Positions 35,354 through 45,025 are shown, counted from the first letter of the whole stretch. The stretch is DNA of 62,837 nt, filler included, from 6 parts of 6 records of this genome joined end to end with filler, not necessarily neighbours in it, one strand, 5' to 3'. Notes: generated from the sequence alone by a model not told the origin. Numbers and translations are program-made.

Positions 35354-35644
35354 ATGACCTACAAACCCCAAGGCCAGCAAGATCAACCGTCCATGAAGAT
35401 CCCCGAACCGCCCCCGCCAAAGGCGAAGCGAAGCTTGCGTCTGGAGTGGATTCTCATCCCACTCGCCCTGCTTGGCATGGTCTACCTACTTCGAAATATA
35501 GACTCTGCCGTGACATGGGAACAGGTCATGGACCTGTTGCATGTGAAAAACCGCGAGCGTTACACGATGCTCTTTCACATGTGCCTAGCATTGACTTTTG
35601 CCGTTGCCGCAATTCGCATCCTCGGCCGCAAGAACAAGGAATAG
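35354..35644 (+). CDS. Small two-TM membrane protein (96 aa) with a Pro-rich N-terminus
   Basis: SD AAGGAG; two hydrophobic helices. Confidence 0.72.
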   Translation: MTYKPQGQQDQPSMKIPEPPPPKAKRSLRLEWILIPLALLGMVYLLRNIDSAVTWEQVMDLLHVKNRERYTMLFHMCLALTFAVAAIRILGRKNKE

Positions 35645-35714
35645 GGCCCACCCAAGGAGACAGGCCATGTCCATGGAGATCGCATCAAATCCAGCAGAAT
35701 AGGAGGTACAAGAA

Positions 35715-37262
35715 ATGAAGTCAACACTGCTCATATTGATGGTCACCTTGCACCTGATGGTAGCGACCCTCGCTGTCGGCGAAGGCGACTCTGACGGTAT
35801 TGCTCTGACGGTTGTCATTGATTCCCGCTGGTCATGCGGCAACGACATGCCTGAGTTCCGCACGCTTGCTCGTCAGGGAATTGGAGCCTTGCAACTGGGA
35901 GACTGTGTGGAGATCCTCACGGCCCATCCAAGCCGACCGCGTATCCGGTTGGCCCAGACCGCTCGCCGCAGCAGTCCCAGTCAGATGCACTCGGTCAATA
36001 GCGTCCTGTCTAGGATACATGTGGGCTTTCTTTCCGATGCCAAAGTGAGCCGTGCGCTCGCAATGGCGCTCGACCGCCTCGAACGCATCTGCTCGACGCA
36101 GGGCTACCAAAAGGCCATAGTGATTGTCCTTAGTGACGGACATCTGGCCGACTCTGACGTAGCCAGCGTCCTGAAGCTCGCGGCGGAGTTTCGCAAGCGC
36201 GGTTGGCCTCTATATATTACCGGCGATAGGAACACAAACCGCAATCTCCTAATTGCCGCCAATCGGCGCATGATCAATTGGTCGTCCATCGGCGACGCCA
36301 ATCCGGCCCTGTGGCTCCAGCAGGCCCGCATATCAGGGCAGCCTGAGCCGAAGAACAGGCCATCGGGAGAACGCCCCCAAGAAACGAAGATGGCCCCGCT
36401 CGCAGCTGCGGCGGAGACACCTTCAACCCTCGGCGAAACTCCATTGCGTACTGTGCCGCGGCCATCCTATTTTGCTCCGGAATGGCCTGAACGTAATTCG
36501 GCCGCAAGAGGACCGAGGCAACCTCAGGATATCACCACCAGGTCCCGGACTGAGGTTGAGGTGACCTTCTCAGGCGGTTCTTCACCCGCCTCTGCGGCCA
36601 GACCGGATGAGTCATCCTCGGAGGAAGAAGTCGCCGTGGCTCTCAGCATTCCTGAGGAGCCGAATCAGGCGCCGGAGATGCTCAAAGGCGTCAGGACCGA
36701 CAAAGAAGAAACTGATTCCAAGTCCAAGCCACCGATGTGGGGCCAAGTCAAACGTTGGCTTGGCCGCTTCTGGCCTTGGCTTCTGATAGGTCTTTGCGCG
36801 CTTCCAATCATGGCAGTCGGTTACACGTTCGTCCGCGGCAGCCGCCGAGCGGAAGAGATAAGAAGAATACTGCAGGGTTACGTCAGGAAGCCAAAGACCA
36901 GCAACGATGGCATGCTTGTGGTTACCATCAATGGCCAAGCCCGTCACCTGGGTCGACTCAGTCGGCTGCGGCCAATCTATATCGGAAGCGGAGTCAAAAA
37001 CACGATTCGAGTCGTGGAAAAAGGCATCGGCGACCGTCACCTCTGTTTGTACCAGAAAGCGGGGAAGTTGATGGTGCGAAACCTCAGCAAGAATCCCGTC
37101 ACCCTCCGTGGTTTGGCCATAGAACCCAAGGCCAAGCAAGCCGTGGCCCTTCCCACTGTGATCGATCTGACCGAAAGGGTCAAAGTCCGCCTTTCCCTCC
37201 AACAGAACGGTACCGATAGCACAATCCAGAGGAGTGAGAACCATGCCCAAAACAAACAATAA
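35715..37262 (+). CDS. Signal peptide-vWA-linker-TM-FHA-like membrane protein
   Basis: SD AGGAGGT; VVIDSRWS (MIDAS-like) and IVLSDG; Pro/Ser-rich linker; TM WPWLLIGLCALPIMAVGY; FHA-like IYIGSG..GDRH..RNLSKN. Confidence 0.75.
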   Translation: MKSTLLILMVTLHLMVATLAVGEGDSDGIALTVVIDSRWSCGNDMPEFRTLARQGIGALQLGDCVEILTAHPSRPRIRLAQTARRSSPSQMHSVNSVLSRIHVGFLSDAKVSRALAMALDRLERICSTQGYQKAIVIVLSDGHLADSDVASVLKLAAEFRKRGWPLYITGDRNTNRNLLIAANRRMINWSSIGDANPALWLQQARISGQPEPKNRPSGERPQETKMAPLAAAAETPSTLGETPLRTVPRPSYFAPEWPERNSAARGPRQPQDITTRSRTEVEVTFSGGSSPASAARPDESSSEEEVAVALSIPEEPNQAPEMLKGVRTDKEETDSKSKPPMWGQVKRWLGRFWPWLLIGLCALPIMAVGYTFVRGSRRAEEIRRILQGYVRKPKTSNDGMLVVTINGQARHLGRLSRLRPIYIGSGVKNTIRVVEKGIGDRHLCLYQKAGKLMVRNLSKNPVTLRGLAIEPKAKQAVALPTVIDLTERVKVRLSLQQNGTDSTIQRSENHAQNKQ

Positions 37263-40056
37263 CAGACACCGACCCGCACAGTTTCGCATCGAGGCGATAC
37301 TGGGATCAACGCCCAAGGCCGTCGGCAAACTGTACGAGTTGCTGGCAGCTAACCCAAATACACGGGTATGCGTCAAACGTCTCATCTTTGACTCCAAGAA
37401 GCCATCGCCGGCAGACTTGGTGGGGTCAGCGGATGACAACCATTTGCCGTCAGGCACTACCTACGTGCCGGCCGACAAGCCGCAAGGCCAGGTCTCATTG
37501 GATCAAGCCGTACAAGAGGGCTTGATGCGGCCAATCGATGAATCCGGTCGGCAAACCCAGGTTCCCGACAACGATGGCGCCGGCGGCATTCCGCGCGATG
37601 GCCTTGACCGAACCAAGTTAAACGCCAAGAATCTGCGCAAAGCCACCAACCAGTGTCTTCAGAAAGCAATCGAATACCACATCAGAATGACGCCCACCCA
37701 AAAGGGTGAGGGCATCGCCCGTCACAACGTACGCGTGCCGTTCCATATCATCGCTTCGACGGTGGGAGGCATGGGCAGCGGCTCGCTCATTTGGTTTGTC
37801 GTCGAGGGAATCCCTGCTTGCGTCCAAGCCACGGGCGTGGAGGCAAAGATCGTTCCCGAACTGATCAGCCTCGGCAACCTGTCTACACACGACAGCCACC
37901 AAGCCCGGCTAAACGAGTATTGCGCGTTCACAGCCACCCGGGCCCTTGCCACCGGCGCCTATGTGAACCCTGTAACAGGACGGGTACAACCGGCTCCGTT
38001 CGACCACGTTCGACTCTTCTCCAATCGCAACAACGGTGGCAGCATCGCAAGCCTCAAAGAACTTGTACACCATCACGCACAGCTTCATCGTTTCTATTGG
38101 GACACACCGGCCGGGGCCGACATGCAGGAGCGTGAGCCGGACATCGGTCATTGGGGCTACGGGGAGTTTGGAGATCCGCTATGTGGTTACACGGCCTCCG
38201 TGGCGTGTATCCACTGGAACAAGGCCCGACTCCTGGCTTCCCTGGCCTATATGGCCGCTGGACTACTGGCCGAGAAGTTCCTAGCCGAAGGTGACAGTGA
38301 CCAAGTCATAAGGGACGCGGCCTCGCTGGCAGCTATCGCCAACCTGATCGAATCCGAAGAGGAGAATCAGCTGACAAAGACCGTCAGCCACCCCGAAGCG
38401 TTGGCGGGCCAGTCGGTCTACGCGGCCACCGAACAAAGCCTGACCGACCAGATCGCAGGCACCAAAGGAATAGAGAAAGGCGGCCAACTGACCGAGAAGA
38501 TCACTCTGATCCGGGATGAGATCCAGTCGGTCTATCGTCCCTACATGTGCGAGGAAGCCCAAGCGATACTTGACGTAGCCAAAGAGGCGCTCAACCGACG
38601 CCTCGACCAGATCTTGCGGCAATCTTCGGGCCTCTCGAATGCGATCCTGATGCTACAATCGATGGAATCAATCCTGGAGCGGTCCCAAGAGGCGATCGCT
38701 GTCAAGACCAGCGAACTCCAAGAGTTTCTTGCCTCATACGACCAAGCCTTGGCCGAGGCCGCCGAACAGTTGCAGGAGCTCGCCGAGCAGGGCAGGCTCC
38801 GTCGCTCAATTGGTTTTCAGGCGGTGCGAGCGATCAACACAGTGCTGGAAGAGTCCGGTCGTGCCGCTGTCAACTATGAGCTACAGATCACAGCCTGTGC
38901 GGTCGCCACAGAACATGTGCTGGCACCGTTGCGTCAGTTCATCCAGGCCAAACTCGCAGAACTCCTCTCCACCCGTCAGAACCTCGTTGAACTCGTCCCG
39001 CATTGCACCAACATGGCCCGCCATAAGGCTATTGAGCGAACGGTTCACGATCCAGCCGTCGGTCTGGAACTCGTTACTGAAGAGTATGCCAAGGCCTATT
39101 TTGCCGACTATCTGGCCCTCAACAGTGGCGTAAAGAGCGTTGCCGATCACTTGTGGAGCCGGTTCCTGCAGAAACACAGTAGCTTCGATGTGCTGCTCGC
39201 TGCTTCCATGACGCAGACGGAGGCGTCTTTGTTAGACGTATGTCACTCCGTGTTTGAGCCCAGCCTGGAGAACAGCAACGTTTTGATCGAATTTCAGAGG
39301 GTCTATCCCGACGAGCATATCCAACTGGAACTCCTTACCGAATTGGTCAGGGAATGCGAAGGCCGCCTGCGCGTCGAAGGAGAGATCAACAAAGAGGTCG
39401 CATGGATCAAAACCGCCAATGTCCCAGCCGAAGACCAGGCCCAGTGGATGCGACGCATACTCGACAATGTCGACCCCAAGGCCGGCAAATGGCAAGTGGC
39501 GGTCAACCCCGCCGACCCTGAGACCTTCAGCATGGCGCAGCTGCGGGGCGAGATTTCTCTGACGCAGTTCATCAATCGGCTTCGGATCGGAGATGACTAC
39601 GAGACATGGTGTCAGCTTGTAGCACGCGCCGCCGATCCAGTCAGTGCCATTGGAGTGGGTCCTAACGCTACAACCTCTCAATTCAAACGCGTGATCGCGA
39701 AGGCTGCCGCCGCTGGATTGTTGACTCTGGATGCGAATGGCTGCTTTGTATTTCGCTCCTCCACCGGGGAAGCGTGGCTGCTCGGCAAGGATGCAGACGC
39801 GGTTCATGAGAAATTGCAGCCGCAGTTCCAGCAGCTTGTCTTTGCTGAATCCTATTTCGCCGGCCGACTGGTCGACTCTGAGCCGCAGATCGTGGCCAAG
39901 CTCACAGAAATGAAGACCCAGCTTCAGGAGGCCTCTGGCGACAAGCTCCTTGGCCTTTGCGACATCACTACGACGCTCGAATGCATTCAGCAGGCTGACC
40001 TGTTGCGTCCCTGGGCTCGACAGATCCAGAAACACCGCAAGAGGATCAAAGCATGA
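37243..40056 (+). CDS. Tubulin/FtsZ-like protein (FtsZl1/Tubulin_2 type) with a long helical C-terminus
   Basis: SD GAGGAG; GAGGIPRDG, STVGGMGSG (tubulin signature variant), ARLNEYCAF, PFDHVRLFSN; coiled-coil-like region. Confidence 0.8.
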   Translation: MPKTNNNRHRPAQFRIEAILGSTPKAVGKLYELLAANPNTRVCVKRLIFDSKKPSPADLVGSADDNHLPSGTTYVPADKPQGQVSLDQAVQEGLMRPIDESGRQTQVPDNDGAGGIPRDGLDRTKLNAKNLRKATNQCLQKAIEYHIRMTPTQKGEGIARHNVRVPFHIIASTVGGMGSGSLIWFVVEGIPACVQATGVEAKIVPELISLGNLSTHDSHQARLNEYCAFTATRALATGAYVNPVTGRVQPAPFDHVRLFSNRNNGGSIASLKELVHHHAQLHRFYWDTPAGADMQEREPDIGHWGYGEFGDPLCGYTASVACIHWNKARLLASLAYMAAGLLAEKFLAEGDSDQVIRDAASLAAIANLIESEEENQLTKTVSHPEALAGQSVYAATEQSLTDQIAGTKGIEKGGQLTEKITLIRDEIQSVYRPYMCEEAQAILDVAKEALNRRLDQILRQSSGLSNAILMLQSMESILERSQEAIAVKTSELQEFLASYDQALAEAAEQLQELAEQGRLRRSIGFQAVRAINTVLEESGRAAVNYELQITACAVATEHVLAPLRQFIQAKLAELLSTRQNLVELVPHCTNMARHKAIERTVHDPAVGLELVTEEYAKAYFADYLALNSGVKSVADHLWSRFLQKHSSFDVLLAASMTQTEASLLDVCHSVFEPSLENSNVLIEFQRVYPDEHIQLELLTELVRECEGRLRVEGEINKEVAWIKTANVPAEDQAQWMRRILDNVDPKAGKWQVAVNPADPETFSMAQLRGEISLTQFINRLRIGDDYETWCQLVARAADPVSAIGVGPNATTSQFKRVIAKAAAAGLLTLDANGCFVFRSSTGEAWLLGKDADAVHEKLQPQFQQLVFAESYFAGRLVDSEPQIVAKLTEMKTQLQEASGDKLLGLCDITTTLECIQQADLLRPWARQIQKHRKRIKA

Positions 40057-40970
40057 AGCGCAAGTACATCAAACTGCCCGACGGCCGGCTGGCCCCGGCG
40101 CAGATGTCCCGACTCGAAGCCTATCTGCGGGATAGTCAGTCGCTGGCTACCGGCACTAGATCAGCCGTATCGCAGCCAAAGTCACCGGCGCAGCGAGGAG
40201 GCGATGTCGGCTCAACTGATTTCGACATGCAATGCTTGACTGGCCGGGAAATCATCCTTTTTGGAGCTGGCTCTGTCGGTAGCTACTTGGCCAAGTTCCT
40301 TGCCGTCGCTGGCTTGATCCTGCACGTGGTCGATTTCAAGAGAGTCGAGCCCAAGCATCTGCGTGAGGGCCGAACCATATACACAGCCCGAGATCTAGGC
40401 CTGTTGAAGGTTGAGGCCCTCAAACGCCATATTGAGGAAGATCATCCCGGCACCCAGGTACGAACCTATCCCTGCAACGTTGCCCAGTTCACTGACTCCG
40501 ACCTGATCGCGATGTTTCGGCGATGCGTCATTGCCATCCTGGCCATCGATGACCCCGAGCAGATGATCCGGATAGCCGATCTGGCCTACCCGCTCGTGCA
40601 ACTACTGCAAGTGGCGATGCACAGACGTGGACATAGCAGTCACATCATCATCTCGATTCCCTACGTGACGCCCTGCCTGCGATGCACGCTGAGAATTTCC
40701 AGCCCCCATGAGATCAGGCGTCTCGACCGAGAACGGTCAGCCACAGGCGATATCGTGACCTTGGCCAATACGACCGCAAACTTTGCCCTCGATTTGGCCT
40801 GCAGCAAGGTCACCGGTCAAGGCATCACACGCTGGGACATCTCTAAGAACCGCATCTTCATCGCCGGTCGGCGCGATGATGCCGTGAGCCCGGACGGTCC
40901 GGGCCTGCATTACGAGAGGGCCCAGAGACGGCCTGGGTGCCCTGTTTGCAACAACCAACGGCCGTCATAA
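40053..40970 (+). CDS. ThiF/MoeB/E1-like adenylyltransferase
   Basis: FGAGSVG, VVDFKRV..HL, KVEAL, AIDD, Zn pairs CLRC and CPVC; ATGA overlap with the tubulin gene. Confidence 0.88.
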   Translation: MKRKYIKLPDGRLAPAQMSRLEAYLRDSQSLATGTRSAVSQPKSPAQRGGDVGSTDFDMQCLTGREIILFGAGSVGSYLAKFLAVAGLILHVVDFKRVEPKHLREGRTIYTARDLGLLKVEALKRHIEEDHPGTQVRTYPCNVAQFTDSDLIAMFRRCVIAILAIDDPEQMIRIADLAYPLVQLLQVAMHRRGHSSHIIISIPYVTPCLRCTLRISSPHEIRRLDRERSATGDIVTLANTTANFALDLACSKVTGQGITRWDISKNRIFIAGRRDDAVSPDGPGLHYERAQRRPGCPVCNNQRPS

Positions 40971-40981
40971 GGAGTATTGCC

Positions 40982-41287
40982 ATGAATGCTATTGTCGTTC
41001 GTTCTCCCCGCAGCCTTTCGAAGCCCCGGCGGGTTGAGATGGTCAAGTCCACCTCTGCGGTCGGCACCGTCCTCCAGGGCGCTGCGACGACGATCGTCCG
41101 GGGCTTCAGAGGAACTGTGGCCTTGGCGGCTCGGGCACGAGACCTAGCACCCCCCCCTCCCCGGGAGGTTCGCTGGGTCAATGCTCGGCAGATCGATGCC
41201 CCAAAGCCGCGTCCTCCCATAGTACCGGCCCTGCCGCCTGAGCCGCGTCAGGTCAAGGTGCATGACTTCCTGGACATGTTTGATTGA
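40982..41287 (+). CDS. Hypothetical basic, Pro-rich protein (101 aa)
   Basis: SD TAAGGAG overlapping the ThiF stop; ends HDFLDMFD. Confidence 0.6.
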   Translation: MNAIVVRSPRSLSKPRRVEMVKSTSAVGTVLQGAATTIVRGFRGTVALAARARDLAPPPPREVRWVNARQIDAPKPRPPIVPALPPEPRQVKVHDFLDMFD

Positions 41288-41295
41288 CAAACGGC

Positions 41296-41318
41296 GGGGA
41301 GAGGCCTTGCCTCTCCCC
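41296..41318. other. Perfect 10-bp hairpin without a U-tract
   Basis: GGGGAGAGGC-CTT-GCCTCTCCCC, intergenic. Confidence 0.6.
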
Positions 41319-41345
41319 TGCCCCATCCTCGAAAGGATACGGGCC

Positions 41346-41475
41346 ATGGCTGTCAAACCGAAGGACCCCGTGCAGATGCGAAATGCCATCCTGATCGTCG
41401 GTGCCACGATCCTGTTGATCGCCATCCTGGCAGGGCCTGCGATCCCAACGCTGTTCACCACACAGATTGGGCGAC
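41346..41475 (+). CDS. Membrane-anchored or exported protein, 5' fragment
   Basis: SD AAAGGA; MAVKPKDPVQMRN followed by a hydrophobic helix; truncated by the linker. Confidence 0.55.
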
Positions 41476-41575
41476 NNNNNNNNNNNNNNNNNNNNNNNNN
41501 NNNNNNNNNNNNNNNNNNNTTAATTAATTAANNNNNNNNNNNNNNNNNNNNNNNNNNNNNNNNNNNNNNNNNNNN
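41476..41575. other. Artificial contig linker
   Basis: N/TTAATTAATTAA/N. Confidence 0.99.
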
Positions 41576-42570
41576 TCGCCACCTTTCCCGTCAGAAATCG
41601 TATATTCAAAAGTATCAGTACCACTAAAACCTTCATCCGGAGTATATGTTATCGTTCCGTCGGAGTTAATAACAACCGTTCCGCCGTCAGGGTCGGTAAC
41701 ACCTATTACTTCAAGTGTGTCGCCATCAGCGTCAGTATCGTCAGCAAGTACGTTAATATTAATAACGCCATCACTACCAACTGTCTGGGTGTCGTTAACT
41801 GCTACAGGTGCATCATTCTCAGGGTCAACAGTCACACTAACCGTTGTTGTGGACTCTCCGCCTTGACCGTCTGTGATGGTATATGTAAAGGAATCATCGC
41901 CATAAAAATCGTCATTAGGTGTGTATGTTACAGTGCCATCTTCGTTTAGCACTACTGTTCCGTTTGCAGGTTCGGTAATGACGACAAAGGATACAGGGTC
42001 GCCATCAGGGTCTGAATCGTTCGCAAGAACATCAATTGTCACATTATTATCTTCGATAGTGGAAGACTCATCAGGGTTAGCAACAGCGTCTCTGTTATTA
42101 GTGTTATTCGCATCAGCACCGTCGAAACGTCTATCGATATCCTCAGCGCCACTCTGACCAGAATCAAGCAGGTATGCCCCAACGTCACCTTGTGAGGTAT
42201 CGCCAGGCAGGAAATTCCACGAAGCAAAATCCGTAACAGCATCTGGCAAATCATTACCAGCAGCAGTATCGCCCTCTTCAATAGCTTCGCCTCTTAAGAG
42301 TGCTTCCTGAAGTGCTTGTGCCTCTGCTTCCGCATCCTGCACCTCTGCATTCTCCAGCACGGTATCGTCAAGGACAAATTCCTTGCCGCCGTCGAGCTGT
42401 AGCTCGTTACCGTTTGCAAGTGTGATAACAATGTTTGAACCTGGGGCAGTAATTATCACATCGTTCTTATTTACGACATCTCCTACGCCGAGAACTCTAA
42501 TCTCACCTTCGGAGTCTCTCGCTGTAACGTATCCTGTTATAGATTTGACTGTTCCTGCTATTTGAGCCAT
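41576..42570 (-). CDS. Retention-module-containing large adhesin (LapA/RTX-like) with Ig/cadherin-like repeats, 3'-truncated
   Basis: N-terminal GTVKSITG..RVLGVGDVV, TAAG motif, repeated VLANDSDPDGD..YTP..F.G.D.F.YTI.DG.GG units. Confidence 0.88.
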
Positions 42571-42814
42571 CTCTGCACCTCAATGATTTTTTAAGCTATA
42601 TGTAAGGATATACCAAAAAAAAGGGAAAACATCGTACCAAGGTACAAGAGATGCAAAATTAACCTAATTTGTCATTATTACCATTTGACATATATTACAT
42701 AAAAATACCCTATGTATATTAAAATACACGTGTTAAAGTAATATACTAGCTAACCAAACAAGTCAAACACGATCTATAGTGAACATACAACCATATCAAC
42801 CACCGGAGGAAAGG

Positions 42815-44446
42815 ATGAAAAATTCACTAAGCATTAAATTTAAATTAATTATCTCATTTGTAATTTTACTTATTCTCGTAGCAGTTTTAGGTATCAGTAC
42901 AATTATGACAATTATGAAGCTCGACTCTGCTAACAATACTCAAAACGCACGTGCTTTGCAGATGCGCACCATACTCAACTTTGAAAAGTATATAACCAAC
43001 ATAACTCTCACAGCTATGGACGTAATAATCGACAAATCCGACATGAAAGTCTCCGAAGAGAGAGATGCTAACCTCAAAGAGCTTTTTGCTAATCTTAAAA
43101 AAATCAGTCCGAACCTGATAGAGGCGGCTGATACTGACGCTGAGATTGATGCCGCTCGATATATGGTACAGTCCGTAGAAAATCTTGAACCTATAATAAT
43201 GAAAGATCTTTACAAATTAATAGAGCAAGGTGCAGGTGAGTGGGAATTTGCAAAAATTGACGATGGTATCGATAATGCAGCCGGCGATCTTGAAACTCAG
43301 ATCAACATCATGATCAACTCTATACAGGAAGAAGTAAACGAATCAAGAGAGAACATGCACACAGCATCAAAAGCAGCGGAAACCTCAAGCGTTATCCTTA
43401 TGATAGCTGTGGCCGTGATAAGCATCGGAGCTATAACAATATCTGTGAAAGCTGTCATGACGCCTGTGACCAAGATGACAAATGTAACCGGCGACCTCGC
43501 CAAAGGTGACGGCGACCTGACAAAAAGAATAGAGATAACCTCAAACGATGAGATGAGCAAACTCGGTGCAAACATCAACCTCTTTATAGATAATGTACAC
43601 GATGTTGTCACAAATGTGAGCGAACAATCACAAAACCTTACCAGTGCAAGCTCAGAGCTGGCCGCCACCACAGAAGAGCTCTCCTCGACTTTCAGCGAGC
43701 AGAACATTCAGGTTACAGAAGTAGCATCGGCTATGGAAGAGATGAGCGCATCAAGCGCAGAGGTTCTTAATAGTGTTGAATCGTCACTCATAACAGCGGA
43801 AGAGGCGACGACAAAAACCAGAGAGGGGATAGAAATCCTCAACAAAGCCGTTTCAGATATGGGTAAAATCGAGCATAGTATCTCCGGACTCTCAGAGATT
43901 ATTGCACAGCTTAATAACTCTTCATCCCAGATCGGAGACATCCTTAATGTTATTGACGATATTGCAGACCAGACTAACCTCCTCGCTCTTAATGCGGCTA
44001 TTGAGGCGGCAAGAGCTGGTGAGCACGGGCGAGGATTCGCTGTCGTTGCTGATGAGGTCAGAAAGCTGGCTGAAAGGACACAAAGTGCTACCGGCGAAGT
44101 GGAGACAATTATCAAATCGCTCCAGAGCGAAAGCGGAAAGGCCTCTGAGAATATGGAATCAGCTCTACAGTCAGTTAACAGAGGAAGCGAAGTTGTAAAT
44201 GAAACAAGTCATATTTTTGCTCAGGTGAGCGAAGCTATAGAAAATGTAAACACTAACAACAGCATGGTTGGAGCTGCCGTACGAGAAGAGAGCAGCACAA
44301 TCGCAAGTGTTAATGATAACGTACAGGTTATCGCATCTGCCGTAGAGCAGAGTTCTAAAGCTGTATCTGAAGTGGCTCTGACAGTCTCTTCACTCCAGCA
44401 GCTTGCACTTGAGCAGGATAATATGATAGGAAAATTTAAAATCTAA
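42815..44446 (+). CDS. Methyl-accepting chemotaxis protein
   Basis: Two TM segments, HAMP (GDLTKR), [31 protein letters not shown]. Confidence 0.96.
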   Translation: MKNSLSIKFKLIISFVILLILVAVLGISTIMTIMKLDSANNTQNARALQMRTILNFEKYITNITLTAMDVIIDKSDMKVSEERDANLKELFANLKKISPNLIEAADTDAEIDAARYMVQSVENLEPIIMKDLYKLIEQGAGEWEFAKIDDGIDNAAGDLETQINIMINSIQEEVNESRENMHTASKAAETSSVILMIAVAVISIGAITISVKAVMTPVTKMTNVTGDLAKGDGDLTKRIEITSNDEMSKLGANINLFIDNVHDVVTNVSEQSQNLTSASSELAATTEELSSTFSEQNIQVTEVASAMEEMSASSAEVLNSVESSLITAEEATTKTREGIEILNKAVSDMGKIEHSISGLSEIIAQLNNSSSQIGDILNVIDDIADQTNLLALNAAIEAARAGEHGRGFAVVADEVRKLAERTQSATGEVETIIKSLQSESGKASENMESALQSVNRGSEVVNETSHIFAQVSEAIENVNTNNSMVGAAVREESSTIASVNDNVQVIASAVEQSSKAVSEVALTVSSLQQLALEQDNMIGKFKI

Positions 44447-44461
44447 ATTATCTCTAAACTC

Positions 44462-44491
44462 GGGCAGGGAGCCTGTTTCTCTGCCCTTTTT
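44462..44491 (+). terminator. Intrinsic terminator
   Basis: GGGCAGGGAG..TTCTCTGCCC followed by a T run after the MCP stop. Confidence 0.75.
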
Positions 44492-44570
44492 ATTCTCCAT
44501 TTCTCAATATCTGTTTCAAATATTCAATTTTTCCAATACAATAAGGTATTATTTATATAAAGGTGCCGAT

Positions 44571-45014
44571 TTGAAAATAAGTACAGCTACACTGAATGAC
44601 GTTCCTGAGCTTTGCGGACTTCTTACTATCCTCTTCACTCAGGAGCAGGAATTTCGTCCGGATTTTGAGAGACAAGCTGACGGCTTGAAAAAAATAATTT
44701 CGTCGCCACAGACAGGATGTATACTGAAAGTTGAAGCGAACGGACGCATAATAGGAATGGTAAATCTCCTGTTTACTATAAGCACTGTTACAGGTGGAAA
44801 CGTTGCGATACTCGAAGATATGGTTGTCCTTCCGGAAAGCAGAGGGACAGGAACAGGAGCTAAGCTTTTGCAGGCGGCAAAAGATAAGGCTAACGAACAT
44901 GGATGCAGCCGTATAACCCTACTTACTGACGGCAGCAACACCCGTGCGCAAAAATTTTATAAAAATAATGAATTCAGCCAATCAGATATGGTGGCAATGA
45001 GATTCTTCTTCTAA
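44571..45014 (+). CDS. GNAT family N-acetyltransferase
   Basis: VLPESRGTGTG acetyl-CoA motif; NTRAQKFY. Confidence 0.9.
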   Translation: MKISTATLNDVPELCGLLTILFTQEQEFRPDFERQADGLKKIISSPQTGCILKVEANGRIIGMVNLLFTISTVTGGNVAILEDMVVLPESRGTGTGAKLLQAAKDKANEHGCSRITLLTDGSNTRAQKFYKNNEFSQSDMVAMRFFF

Positions 45015-45025
45015 AGGTTTGAACA

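Noticed and set aside
36612-40035. Long minus-strand ORFs (281 aa, 267 aa) in the GC-rich operon
   Set aside because: Antisense to the SD-led, motif-bearing vWA and tubulin genes; expected at high GC.
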